Below, in pieces: positions 36,520-48,218 of a DNA stretch of 64,000 nt. The notes beneath the pieces were generated by a model. The model was given only the letters and a program-made list of their open reading frames with translations, had not been told where the DNA came from and did not search any database. The stretch covers positions 62,001 through 126,000 of the forward strand of contig JAHDYR010000034.1 of NCBI GenBank assembly GCA_019828565.1. Direction: 5' to 3'. This DNA is from Carpediemonas membranifera BICM. Lineage: Eukaryota; Protista; Fornicata. The first letter of the stretch is position 1. The number at the start of each line of letters is the position of its first letter. Made by a program: the position numbers and the translations under genes.

Positions 36520-39484
36520 ATGAGAGGGTGAGCTCCGCGGCCTCAATTGGGCGGCCGGGGACGGTCTTCTGGCAGACTGGGCAGGACTTGATCAGGTCGG
36601 CGACATGCTGGCGCTGGTTGGCCCACGAATGGCCGTGGTCGCGAAGGGACTTGACTGTGCGGTTCGTAGAGAGGTGACAGCCCGCGGCCTTGTGGTGTCG
36701 GAGGATGAGTGTTGTCCGATCGTCACCGTCAATGGTGAAGAGGCGCGAGAGACCATCAGCGGCCCCATTGTCAACACCAGCGACGTGCTTGATACTATAG
36801 GCGAACTGCTCCATGAGCAGTCTCCACCTGCCGACCTTGGCGTTGGTGGAACGATGGAGATGAACCAGGTTGTTGTGATCAGTGAGGATTTCAAATGGGC
36901 TCCACCGGAGGTAGCGCTCGGCCTTCTTGAGGCAGTGGATTATACCGAAGCACTCCTTCTCAATTGTGGGCCACCTCTGTTTCACTCTGTCAAGGGCCTT
37001 AGACATGTAAAGAAGAGGTTGTCCGTCTTGTAGGAGCACGCCCCCGACTCCGACATCTGATGCATCTGTGATTAAGGTCAGCTTCTTACGTGGGTCGAAG
37101 TGTACTAGGGTAGGGGCTGACGTCATCCTAGATTGTATGGTCTTGAAGGCTACGTCGCACTCATCGGTCCAAATGAAGGGACGACTGTTCATGGCGTCGT
37201 ACAGAGGCTTTGACACGTCGGCGAAGTCAGCGCCAAGGTAATCGTGGAAGAAGTTAACGAGTCCTAGGAACTGTCTTGTACTTGACGTTGTCTGGGGTCT
37301 CGTCATGCGCGTAATAGCCGAGACTCTGTCTGGGTCGATCTGCTTGCCGTCTTTCGTGATTAGCCAACCGAGGTACTCAAACTGCTCGAGAACAAACTGG
37401 GATTTGTCGAGATTGAGGCGGATGCCCTTTTCCTCACATCTGGTAAGGACCAAGTCAAGATTTTGAGCTAACTGGTCCGGGGTACTGCCGAAGATGACGA
37501 CATCATCCTGGTATATGAGGCACTTCTCGTACAGGAGGTCTCCAAACGCGACTTCCATAGCGTACTGGAAGTGAGCACCAGCTTGCTTAAGGCCAAATGG
37601 CATCCGTCTATATCTGTAACGGCCCACGTGCGTGACAAACGTCGTAAGGTCCATCGAAGTTTCATCAGCGAGTGGTATTTGGTGGTAGCCACTGGCCATG
37701 TCGATTGTCGCGAAATATCTCCCCTTCGCGAGGAAGTCGATCGTTTCATCGATCCTAGGTAGGGGGTAGTCAAATTCTTCCGTGACGGTGTTAATCTTCT
37801 GATAGTTCACGCACATTCTGGTCTTCTGCGTGTTCTTTTTGGCGGTGAGCACCACGGGTGACCCCCATGGGCTCTGTGACGGTTCGATAACCCCTAGGCC
37901 TTTCAGCTTTTCGACGTGGGACTTGATCTCCTCTAGCTTCCATTGACCGGGTAGGGGCGTTGTGATGTGGAGTGAACCCCTTGTTTCAGTTTGAGGGAGA
38001 AAGGAGAGAGAGTGGATGGTTCTTGGGTGAGGTCTCCGAAGGCAGCGGCGTGTTTGTCGATAACTTCCTTGTACGGAGCCTCAATCTGAGTGTTGACCGA
38101 GCTGCAGGCGTAGCTCCTGTCTAACTGCTGTTCTTCGTCAGTGAGTTCGTTGCTGGGCTCATCCGAGGCCATCAGTCTCAGGAGACCAAGGCTCTTCATG
38201 GTGGGGAACCCGATAATGATGTCAAAGGGCATGTCTGGGAGGACATGAGCCTCTATAGTAGTGGAGAGATCGTACCTGTTGAGCTCGTTGGCCTTGATCG
38301 TCAGTGGAACTGTTGTAAACCCCTTGGATATCGTTTCTTTGCCATTAGCGAAACTAACAATGAGGGGATCGATCTGTATATTGGTAGCAAGCTCCTCTTT
38401 GATGTAGTTTGTGGAGGCACCTGTATCGAGTAGAATTCTGACAATAGCATGTTCAAGGAGACCGTCGCATCCAAGAACTTCGCCTGGGGAGGACTCTCTG
38501 ATCACGTTAAGGAAAGCATACTTGAGGGGATTTACAGGCCCCTGGTTCAGCTTCTTGCGGCAATCAACTTCGAGGTGTCCAAGGCGTGAGCAGTAGTTAC
38601 ACTTGGGGATGCCCTTTTTCTTGGCGAAGCATATGTCCTCGGAGTGACCATGCTTGCCGCAGTATGAGCAGTTGAGGTTAGATGGTTTCGGGGGTTCTCG
38701 GCGGCCTTCCTTCGTCGTTCTCTTGTCATCGGGTTTGAGTGGAGGTCGCTTTGTTTCGTGGAGAGCTGATGGGGGAGCTGGGCGGAAGAATGGAGTAGCG
38801 ATCTTAAGGGCTTCTTCGACGTTCCGAGCGTGGTCCAATGTGACCTTGTAGAGGTCGTCGATAGTGAGGTTGTGAGTCATTGAGGTTAGCTGTTGCTTGA
38901 AGATCTTGTCTTCAAAGCCGTTGATGAAGGACTCACGCACGTAGTCAATACCGACGGAGGATGGGAGAACGATTGTCGAGATGAGCTTGTGTTGATTGAT
39001 GTACTGAGCGACCTGGCCGGGCTTTCGGCCAGGAGCCTTACGAATGAACACTTGGGACATGGTGAACGGGTCAGTGGGGCGGACGAACTTCGTCAAGGCA
39101 TCTCGGACATGCTTGTCGATGTGATCATTCTCCTTTCTCGTCTTGTCTTTCCTTGACAGCGTCTCGTCGTTGATGACAAGCTCGGTGACGTCAGAGAGTC
39201 TGAATGGCGTCTCTTGTGCCTCGAGCTCGAGGTAAACCGGAGAGGATATGAGTTCGTGCAGCGGGGAACGCTTCTTGCCAGTTCTCAAGCTGTAATCGTC
39301 ATACGACGATAGGAATTTGAGCAGAGACTGGAATGTCAGGATTTTCAGGAGAGGCGTATTCTCGTTCATTAAGGGCCAGTAATTACTGATGCCTAAGCCG
39401 GGCTAAGCGAGAATGAATTTATGAGTAAACCTTCTGTGGTGAATATGGTCAGTATTATATCTATACTGATAGCTATAAGCTACA
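36520..39484 (-). mobile_element. Ty3/Gypsy element C (5' LTR 39387-39484), 3'-truncated in integrase, inserted in the gag of DIRS-like element 1
   Basis: gag ATG 39369, two CCHC knuckles, LLDTGA, frameshift ~37940, YQDD RT, TDASD, HHCC then break. Confidence 0.88.
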
Positions 39485-39676
39485 CTGGTCGGACGCAACC
39501 TGCGAACTGTTTCTCGACTTGTTCAACACGTCCCAGACCAAACCCCCCCGTGCCATCTCCTACTGCGCAGCCAAAGCCAGAGCCAAGGGTAAGAGAAAGG
39601 ACCAGCCCCAGAACAAAGGGGGGTTTCACAAGAAGCACAAGAAGTAGCCCTTGCCACAGATGTTCAGTTCCCGTCA

Positions 39677-41770
39677 ATGAACAAAAAGTGGCCGGTGTGG
39701 GCAAGACTCGGTGCCTCCCCCGAGGTAGTAAGCTGGCTGCGGGATGGCGTCCCTATCCACCTCACCTCTGCGCCCCCTCCACCAGAACCGCAAAGGCGAG
39801 TGGACCCCCGCCTACTCCCGAAGATCGAAGAGCTAGTCGCCAAGGGCGTCCTCTCCCCGTGCCCGATAGACGAACTGCGTCACAGCGCACCCCTGTTCGC
39901 GGTGTCGAAGGGCAAAGACGATGTCCGCCCCGTGCACGACCTCCGAGCCCTGAACGAGGTGACAGCAGAGCTGAGGGTGTTTCGTCTGTTCGGCATCAGA
40001 CGGGCGGTCCGCAATCTGCACAAGAACGACTATATGATCAAGATAGACCTGGCATCGGGATACCACCAACTTGGCGTCGCCTCGCGGGACTCCCCCCTCC
40101 TAGGCGTGGTCCTACCGGACGGCCGTGCATTCAGGTACAACACACTCGGCTTCGGATGGACAGCGGCGCCGTACGTGTTCCAGAGCACGACCATACAGCT
40201 TGCAAAGATCATCGCACACAGGTTCGGAGTGACCATCGCGGTCTATCTCGACGACTTCTTAGTGTCCCATGCCTCCCCATCGTACCTAGCTTCGGTCACC
40301 CCGCAGATCATCGACCTCATGCTATCGCTGGGGGCGATACCGGGCCTCAACAAGTGCGTCCTCACGCCGACCCAGCAGGTAGACTACCTAGGTGTCCACA
40401 TAGACACCGCAAGCGAGTCCCTAAGAATCTCAAAAGACAAGGCCGAGTCCTACACGGCCACGATCGCCGAGGCCCTCCGGGTCGGGTCCATCACAGCCTC
40501 AGACTGGCAGAAGCTCCTAGGCCGTCTGTCATTCTTCGCAGGGACCACACAGTTCGCCCGCCTCGCACTCAGACCACTGCAGGCCACCCCTACAACGGAG
40601 ACCGTCCACCTCTCCAGCCAGATCCGCAGGCAGCTGGCGGCGTGGCAAGTCCTCCTCCGCGATCGCCCACCCAAGAGGTTCGCCGAAGCAAGAGCTGACT
40701 GGGAAATACGCGATACGCTCCAGATTTCTGTCACCTCAGACGCATCAACGTCCGGCTGGGGAGCATGCCTGTTCAACGGAGAGAAGGGAGCGGCATCACA
40801 GGGTGCCTTCCCCCCTCATCTCAAGGGGGAACACATTGGTGTCAAGGAGCTCTTCGCGATCGCTCAGGCGATCAAGCTCGTGCCCCAGCAGGAGACACGC
40901 TCCTCTCTCACAGTCTTTGCCGACAACTCAGCTGCCATCAGCTGGGTAAACAGACGGGGATCGCCGAACCTCCCCCCAGCCGCACACCAAATCCTACAGG
41001 ACATCTACAACACGGCAGAAACCAAGCGCCTCGACGTCCACTGCTTCCATATTGCCGGACACCTGAACGTCCAGGCGGACAGGCTCTCCAGGTTCGCCAA
41101 GCTCGACTGGTCGTCACCCCGAGAAGTCTTGGAAACCATCATGCGCAAGTGGGGGCCGGTCGAGATCGACGTCACAGCACGCCCCGACAAGGTTCTGGCC
41201 TTACCAGGCTTTGCAGAAATAGCCTGGTCAATCCACGACAACGGCTTCCAGAGGTACTGGAGGGGAGTCAGGATATATCTAGCTCCTCCTATAGCCCTTT
41301 TTGGAGTAACGTGTCGTCGCCTCCAGACAATACGCGCCTCTACCCAGACTGGGAACCCTCGACACTGGAGATCAGCGGCGATAGTCCTGTGCCCGGACCT
41401 CAACTCGCCCGAGGTTCGAGCCATCAAACGTTTGACACCCCTCAAGATGTACCTCAGAGTCCAGGCGAAACACCTCCTGCAGTCCGAGCTAGCCTGGACA
41501 GCGACAGACAAGGGCAAGATCCGCTTCGTGGAGCTTATCCTGAGGACCCGTTCCAAGCCCTCCTCGCTGACGACCGACTATCACATTTCAGAAACGAATC
41601 GTCGCGCCGCACAGCAGCGGGGTCGCCAAATTCCTCCAATCCCGCAACGCGAGCCACTCACACGCGCAACAGCTCAAAGAGTTCCTTCTGACCGAGGGTA
41701 CCACGTCGGGCCCACAGTCGATACACAGGAAAGGCTACTGGATTTGCGAGGCCGCCCCACTCGTGTCTGA
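39677..41770 (+). CDS. RT-RNase H with degenerate DIRS-type methyltransferase-like tail (element 1)
   Basis: KIDLASGYHQ, YLDDFL, SDASTSGWG, KELFAI, ADN, NVQADRLSR; KWGPVEID...W...YLAPP. Confidence 0.9.
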   Translation: MNKKWPVWARLGASPEVVSWLRDGVPIHLTSAPPPPEPQRRVDPRLLPKIEELVAKGVLSPCPIDELRHSAPLFAVSKGKDDVRPVHDLRALNEVTAELRVFRLFGIRRAVRNLHKNDYMIKIDLASGYHQLGVASRDSPLLGVVLPDGRAFRYNTLGFGWTAAPYVFQSTTIQLAKIIAHRFGVTIAVYLDDFLVSHASPSYLASVTPQIIDLMLSLGAIPGLNKCVLTPTQQVDYLGVHIDTASESLRISKDKAESYTATIAEALRVGSITASDWQKLLGRLSFFAGTTQFARLALRPLQATPTTETVHLSSQIRRQLAAWQVLLRDRPPKRFAEARADWEIRDTLQISVTSDASTSGWGACLFNGEKGAASQGAFPPHLKGEHIGVKELFAIAQAIKLVPQQETRSSLTVFADNSAAISWVNRRGSPNLPPAAHQILQDIYNTAETKRLDVHCFHIAGHLNVQADRLSRFAKLDWSSPREVLETIMRKWGPVEIDVTARPDKVLALPGFAEIAWSIHDNGFQRYWRGVRIYLAPPIALFGVTCRRLQTIRASTQTGNPRHWRSAAIVLCPDLNSPEVRAIKRLTPLKMYLRVQAKHLLQSELAWTATDKGKIRFVELILRTRSKPSSLTTDYHISETNRRAAQQRGRQIPPIPQREPLTRATAQRVPSDRGYHVGPTVDTQERLLDLRGRPTRV

Positions 41771-42449
41771 CTGACGCCTCCCGACCGCTGCCAAGCAGAT
41801 AATCGCCGCCGCCCGGAACGTCGCCTCTGTAGAAGGCCTGACCGGGGGCGCGAAGCCTGTCACGTCCGCGAGAGTCCGCAGGGTCATATACAGACGTCGG
41901 AAGTCACCCCAAGCCTTCCAAGCCGCCCTCTTTTCTGCTCTCTGCTTTATCACCGTGAGTAGAGGCGCAGAGATCTTTGGGCTCAGACGAAGAGACGTCG
42001 AGTTCGACGCTGACGGCAATGCCCTCCTTTGGTTCGTGAGAACTAAGACTGCCACAGGCGTCCGCAAGCTGGTACCAAACCAATCGTGGGCCAGCTTTAA
42101 CCCAGCAAGGGCCCTGAAGGCATGGGTCCCCACGGCAACGCGCCGCGACGACGACGTCATCTGGCGGGCGATCACCTCAACCGGGGGTATTTCACTATCG
42201 AAGCCGCTACCGGCGTCAACCCTCCGCCACTGGATCCACCAGGCGTACGGCACCGACTTTTCGTGGCACTCATTCCGCAAGGGCGCCACCACGGAGTTGG
42301 CGGTAGCCCACACGAGTACCGAAGTCCTCCTGTCCATGGGGACGTGGGCCTCCACGAAAAGCATGCTGAGATATATGGGCAACGGGGTCCGCACACACCC
42401 GGGGGTCCAGGGACACCTGGCCTCCATCCTTCTCCAACCACCACTTTAA
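41260..42449 (+). pseudogene. Tyrosine recombinase of element 1 (frameshift ~41620, TGA 41772-41774); start approximate
   Basis: SRGAEI, TKT, HSFRKGA, MGTW, RY; collinear with element 2 YR. Confidence 0.85.
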
Positions 42450-42771
42450 ATCTCTGACGGGAGCTAGTGGCTGGGAGAGTTAGGTAGGGTGGGGCTGACA
42501 CGCGTTACAACGGCAGATGTAAGCCACAACAGACATTCTTTGACGCGGTCTCTCGAGGAGACGGTCGGTTTGGGCCCGCAAGCGTGCCTGCAAGCCATTC
42601 CACTATGCTCGTTGCCGATGGGATATCCCCGTTGGGTAGAGCAAGTATGTCTAGAGGCTAGGACAGCTAGCCGGCTGGGTACCACTCGAGCCCATTGGCA
42701 CCCGGGGTGCTGAGACGCCCGAGAGGGCGCACGGAAACGCGCAGTTTATGGCATCAGAATTTCGAATGCCC

Positions 42772-45700
42772 TGAAGTCTGGAAACAAGTGTGAAGTGTTT
42801 AAGGGGTATACCTCCTACGCGGTGATAATGGCTCTAACTGCGTCTACATAGTCATGTAAATACCACACTACCCCTCCTCCATCAGAGCCATGCTTCTATT
42901 TCCGACTCTGACCGACTTTGCGCAAATGCTCGTCAACGCACTTTGCAAGTTGGCTATGGTCCTCCATGTACTTCAATAACACGATGTTGGACCGCATGTC
43001 TTCGTCTGTTGCCACTCTCCAGGTGTCTTCGCTGGCTTCGAATCCCAGCCACCTGCACCTCACTTCCGGTGTCCTGTTGGCGTCTCTTCTAATCCTCCAG
43101 TCCACTATCTTCTTGATATACGCCTGGCTTCTATCTAAGGCGCATGCTACTTTGGCCTTCTCTTCGCTCCACTCTCCCTCGGCGACTTTCAGGTGAGAAA
43201 CGTGCTTCTGATACGTCTTCTTCGTCTCTGGGTCTCGCACAACGTACGAGTTCGCCTTCCCGGGGACCTTCCTGACCACCATCAACGGTCCGCGCCACTT
43301 GAGGTCGTACTTCTTGCGAATCTCCGCGTCGCGATCCACGAAGACCCAGTAACCCGCTGCCACGCGCGACTCAGGGTGCTGCCGCTGAATGTCAGCCGCT
43401 CGCTTCTGGCTGTCCTGCTTCTTCTTCGCCGCTGTCTGCTCCATATTCCTTCTTCTATTTTCTTCGTTCTGGATCATCCTGCGCGCAGCCTCCACCTCCT
43501 CCATCCTCTGTTCCTTGAGCTTGTCCACGGTCGCTCTGGTTCCATCCGCCACTACCAGTCTCCACGCCGACGACCCGGTCGCCCTCGAACGCGCCGAGTT
43601 GATGATGTTCTGGATCGACGGGAGCAGACCCTTCCATCTCCTGGTCTGCCGTTCATACATCTCGCACCGCAGGTGGCGGTTGACCTCTTTGTTCCACCGC
43701 TCGACCACGCCGTTCTCCTCGTGGTAGTACGGCGTCGTGTGGTTGACCCGCGCCCCGGTCTCCCTGGCCCACGCGTGAAACTCGGTCGATGCGAACTGCG
43801 ACCCGTTATCTGCTACCCACTCGACCGGCATCGGGAAGTGGGTGAGGTAGAACCTCTGCAATGCCTCGATGGTTTCTCGTGACGACACTGTCTTCAGCGG
43901 GACCAGGGTGACCCATCGCGACGTTTCTTCCACAACTGTCAGGATGTTCCGGTACTCGCCGTCGGCCTCTTTCATGACGATAGTGTCCACGAACACTCGA
44001 CCATACGGTCCCAGCGGCTCGCGCGGCGCTCGACTGGTACGGGTCGCCCCCCATACCCGACTTCTGGCACACGGGGCATCGTTTGACCATCGTTGACACG
44101 TCAGCTTCGGCTCCGTCCCAAGACAGTCCGATGTCCTCAAGCTTCCACAGGGTCTGTTGCACCCCATGGTGGCCCTTCCCAGCGCCGTGTACCTCCTTGA
44201 ACCTCGCTTCCTTCTGACTCTCCGGCAGTGTCGGGCTCGCCTCCTGTGTCGTCCTGAACTCGTCTACTCTGAACAGCAGTTGCCCCTGCGGTCTGGGCTT
44301 GCTCTCTTCTGTCTCAGCGCCGGCTGCCGCTGGGCCATCCTCGTCTGACTCCGTCCGACTCTGGTCCGGAATGTCCTCCTGCTCCTGCTTCGCCTGCTCC
44401 TCTGCGAGCGCCGCCCTCGATAGCCCGTCGGCGATCTCGTTAAGGCTGCCCGGCACGTGCCCCACGTCGAATTTGTAGTTGGCGAGCTCGAGTGCCCACC
44501 GCTGCACCATGTCGTCATTGGCGCCCCACACGTACGCGAGGTTCCTGTGGTCACACCACACCTTGAACTCCTGCGTTGCCAGCAGACGCCGAGCCTTGCG
44601 GATCGCGTGGACAATGGCGAATGCCTCCTTCCTATACGTGCTCCACCTGCGCTGCGAGCCGGACAGTGCCTTCGACAAGAACATAATCGGCCGCTTGCCG
44701 CCCTCGTCCTCCTGCATCAGCACCGCGCCGACCCCCTTGTCCGACGCGTCCGTGTACAGCGCGAGTCTCTTCGCCGGGTCCGGGTGTGTCAGCACCGGCG
44801 CGCTCGTGACCGCCTTCTTCAATGCCTCGAGCCGCCCTGTCCTGGTCCGGCCCCCACGGCGGCGCGTCCTTGAGCTCCATCCTCCTGATCGGCTCGGCCA
44901 GGTCCGCGTACCCCGGGATGAACTTCGCGAAGAAGTTGAAGATACCCAGGAGGGCCCTGACATCGCTGACGTTGTGCGCCGGGGCGAGCTTCTGTACACC
45001 CTCCACCCTCCACTCAGGCACGGACCGTCCCTCCTTCGACACAGTCCAGCCCAAGTACTCTACCTCGTCAAGGTTGAAAGCGCACTTCTTCTCGTTAAGC
45101 TTGATCTTCCGCTCCCTCACCCGGTCCATGACATGCCGGAGGTTGGCCTCGTACTCCTCCACCGTCTCCCCGAACACCAGGATGTCGTCAACGTAGATGA
45201 GGCAGGCCGTCCCCAACATGTCCGCGAACGCCTCCTCCAGCGCTGCCTGCATATGGCCCGCCGCCGTCGACAACCCGAACGGCATCGTGTTATAGGTGAA
45301 GTGGCCGTCGGGTGTGGTGAACGCCAACAGCTCCTGCGTCCCCTCCTCGACCGGCACCTGGTGGAACGCGCTGCTCGCGTCCAGGGCTGCGAACTTGACC
45401 TTGCCCTCCAGCATCGTCATGATGTCGTCGATGGCCGGGAGGTCGTGCTGGGGATCCTCGATGAACTTGTTCAAGCGGATATAGTTGATGCACGGGCGCC
45501 ACTCCCCACCCTTCTTCTTCGCCATGACCACGCGCGACGACCAGGGCGACTTCGACCTACGGATGATCTTCGCCTCTTCCAGTTTCTTGAGGTGCTCCGA
45601 CAGTGCCTGCTCAATCTCCGGCTGCCGCCTCCTCGGCAATTCGAAGTAGGGCACCGCATCATCACTCAGACTGATCTTGTACGGCTTCAGGTCTGCCGCG

Positions 45701-47094
45701 CCGTCGGCCGGGCCGAAGCAATCGGCATACTCCTCGCGGATCTGCTCGTCCATCGTGGCCAGCAACTCCTCATCGCCGTCGACGTCGGTCGTGGTGGCCT
45801 CCACGTTGATCAGGCCCAGCTCGGCAAGGGTCCTGAAGCAGATTGTGGGTTTGCAGCCAGCGATCACGTCCCAGTGGAGCGTGACGTCGACGTCTTTCTT
45901 CAATGCGAGTCTGACCTTCTTCGATCCTCCCGTCAGCACTCTCGCCGTCGAGTTGTCGCCCAGCTTGACCCACCGGTCGGCCCACTTCGTCCGGATGCCC
46001 CACTCTCTGGCCAACTCCGGCGGGATGAAATTGCTGCTAGCACAAGTATCGAGCCGCACCACATGCTCCTTCAGCCCGACACTCATGCTGCACTCCCAAA
46101 CCTTGCTTTCCACCCCCGAGGCAAAGACTAAACACTGATCGGGTTTACTGGCGTCCGGACAGTCCTTCGCGACGTGCCCCACCTTACCACACCGATAACA
46201 GCGACGGGTGCCTCCGGCTATCGTCGGCTCTGGGCAGTCCTTGGCCATGTGGCCCCCACCCCCGCAGTTATAGCAGTGCAACTTCTTCTGCCCCTGCTCT
46301 TGCTTCTGCACGTCTTTCTTCGATGTAGACGATGTGGGGGCTCCAACAGCCCAAACTGCTTCATTGCCTCGCGCTTCTTCCTCTCCCACAGCATTACTGA
46401 TTGCATGACTCCGGCTGAGTCAGTGCATGCGTCAACGACGCCCTGGAGTATTGCGTGTTGTCCTTCGTGCTTGCACGCCTCCAAGATCAGCCTCTTCGTT
46501 GCATCTATCGGGATGTCCTCTATCTTCTGGAACAACACCGCCGCTCTCGCTGAAATCCTGTTGAGCACTTCGCTTACGCTCTTCTCAGGTCCATTCGTCA
46601 AAAGCTGCGTCCGTGCGAACACTTCAGTGGGTAGGACGAGCTCTTCTATGCTCTTCTTCCAAAATGCGTCCTCCTTCTTCTGGTGTGCGCGTCGTGCCTT
46701 CTTGACGTCGTCTTGATGCTTCATGTACTGCTGAGTCGACACCGATCCGTTACCGTTCGTCGCACATGTCGGCTCCACGAACTCGTCGATCCTGGACTTC
46801 CCTGTCTCGCGTAAAACCTGTCTCTTCAACGCAGGCTTGACCAGGGAGTGAAAAGGCTTACGGTGCTTGCCGTCGTCTGCCTCCAGGCTGTACTCGTCGT
46901 AGATGTCTCGTACTCGCATATACTCTTCGATCGTGAGGTCCTTCATCGGTGGACCTATCGTTACGTCTTCTCCCATTGCGTCAAACCGTAGTAATTACTG
47001 AAGTCTGGAAACAAGTGTGAAGTGTTTAAGGGGTATACCTCCTACGCGGTGATAATGGCTCTAACTGCGTCTACATAGTCATGTAAATACCACA
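42772..47094 (-). mobile_element. Ty3/Gypsy chromovirus D, identical 96-bp LTRs, TSD TGCCC
   Basis: LTRs 42772-42867 and 46999-47094; TGCCC at 42767-42771 and 47095-47099; PPT GGAGGAGGGGTAG (minus strand, 42868-42880). Confidence 0.97.
42896..46976 (-). CDS. Gag-Pol-chromodomain of element D, split by three single-base frameshifts (~46340, ~44835, ~44050)
   Basis: CCHC x2, RLDTCA, YVDD, YTDASD, CPVC, DDE, YIKKIVDWR...RWLGFEASEDTW. Confidence 0.88.
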
Positions 47095-48218
47095 TGCCCG
47101 AAGGAGCCCGAGAAGAATAAATCCTTTACCCCCCCCTTTGGGAGTATGAGTTAGGTGGCTAGCCGTGGACCACATGGGTCACAGTTGACACCCGGGAGTG
47201 TCGGGTCGTGCTGCCTGATCCGATTCGATCGGATTCGATGGGCGCGCAAATTTCAAGGATCGTCTCGATCCTCTTCAGAAGAACGAGAATGGCTGATCCG
47301 GCCGAAGAAAACGAGCCGGTCACCCAGAAGGACCTCCAAGAACTGAGAGAAGTTGTAGAACGCGCCCTTCAGGCCAGAAGTGCTGAAGAACAGCAGATAA
47401 CCCCGATGATATCGCCCTCAACGTAGAGGATAACGATGATCAGCAGCTTCAGGACCAAGAAAGCATCGAAGACGAACAGCAGGACGCTGTCGACGACATC
47501 TTTGATCCCTTTGAGGCTCTTGTGAACCTTCCTAACCGGTTCGGCCTTCGAGATGAGGCTAAGTGGCTTTACGCCATGGAACGTGATCTCATCGCTGGCC
47601 GCCTTGCAACCATTCCTGCTCTGAGGGTCAAGATCTACGGACGCCAGCAACTCCTCCTCCTCAAGGACAGTTGGGACGACGCAACCTCCGAGCGCTGCTC
47701 CAACCTCTTCAAGTCCGCTCCTCCCCGCACTCGGGCCGCCGTCGACATCTTGGTGGCTAAGGCTAAGATCAAGGGCATCAAGAAGCGTGACAATTTTCGC
47801 GAAAGGGGGGGCAGAAGGCATACTGTAAGAATGGCTAGAGTCTCCCGGGAGATACTCTGGAGATACTCATGTGTCAACGCTGGTCAAACCTCGCGATCCA
47901 GGCGATCTCAGGCACCTCCAGAACATCTAGAAGGTAGTTATAGAAGCATAAAAGACATGTCTGGCGTCTTGAAGTATCACATGGTGTCAGTGTTGATAAA
48001 AGCTTTCCTCTGGATACCATGGCCGAATTTACTTTCCCAGGTTGTCCGAACGACACGCGACTCCGCGGAATTTCGAGCAACTACTCTCGCGCAGGGGCAG
48101 GGGATGCGTTATGCGATGCGGCGATGGGGCGGGAGGCGCAGGGGGGCTCGGGGACGACGCAGCCTAGAGTGGCCAAGTCAGCCGAGTCGCGACTCCAGAT
48201 TTCTGTGCAGGGACCTGG

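Larger units (their letters stand above)
28267..36520 (+). mobile_element. Ty3/Gypsy element A (5' LTR ~28267-28361), interrupted by element B, 3'-truncated
   Basis: gag ATG 28386; removing B restores GIPAPS/LRFEVK; two CCHC knuckles, LLDSG protease, YIDD RT, RNase H TDAS, integrase core; LTR start approximate. Confidence 0.85.
28386..36520 (+). pseudogene. gag-pol of element A (28386-28868 + 33453-~36520), in-frame TGA at 34026-34028
   Basis: ORFs 28386, 33384 and 34029 are collinear; the CC half of the integrase HHCC motif is missing. Confidence 0.85.
39485..47162 (+). mobile_element. DIRS-like tyrosine-recombinase retrotransposon 1 (5' lost; Gypsy D inserted in 3' end)
   Basis: gag tail WSDATCELF...KGGFHKKHKK* homologous to element 2 gag; RT/RH ORF; YR ORF; 3' sequence rejoins across D. 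Confidence 0.85.

Noticed and set aside
34026-41774. In-frame TGA codons (34026, 41772), one aligning with Trp: UGA=Trp recoding?
   Set aside because: Host genes (kinesin, lipase) end in TGA and both elements have other lesions; simple nonsense mutations suffice
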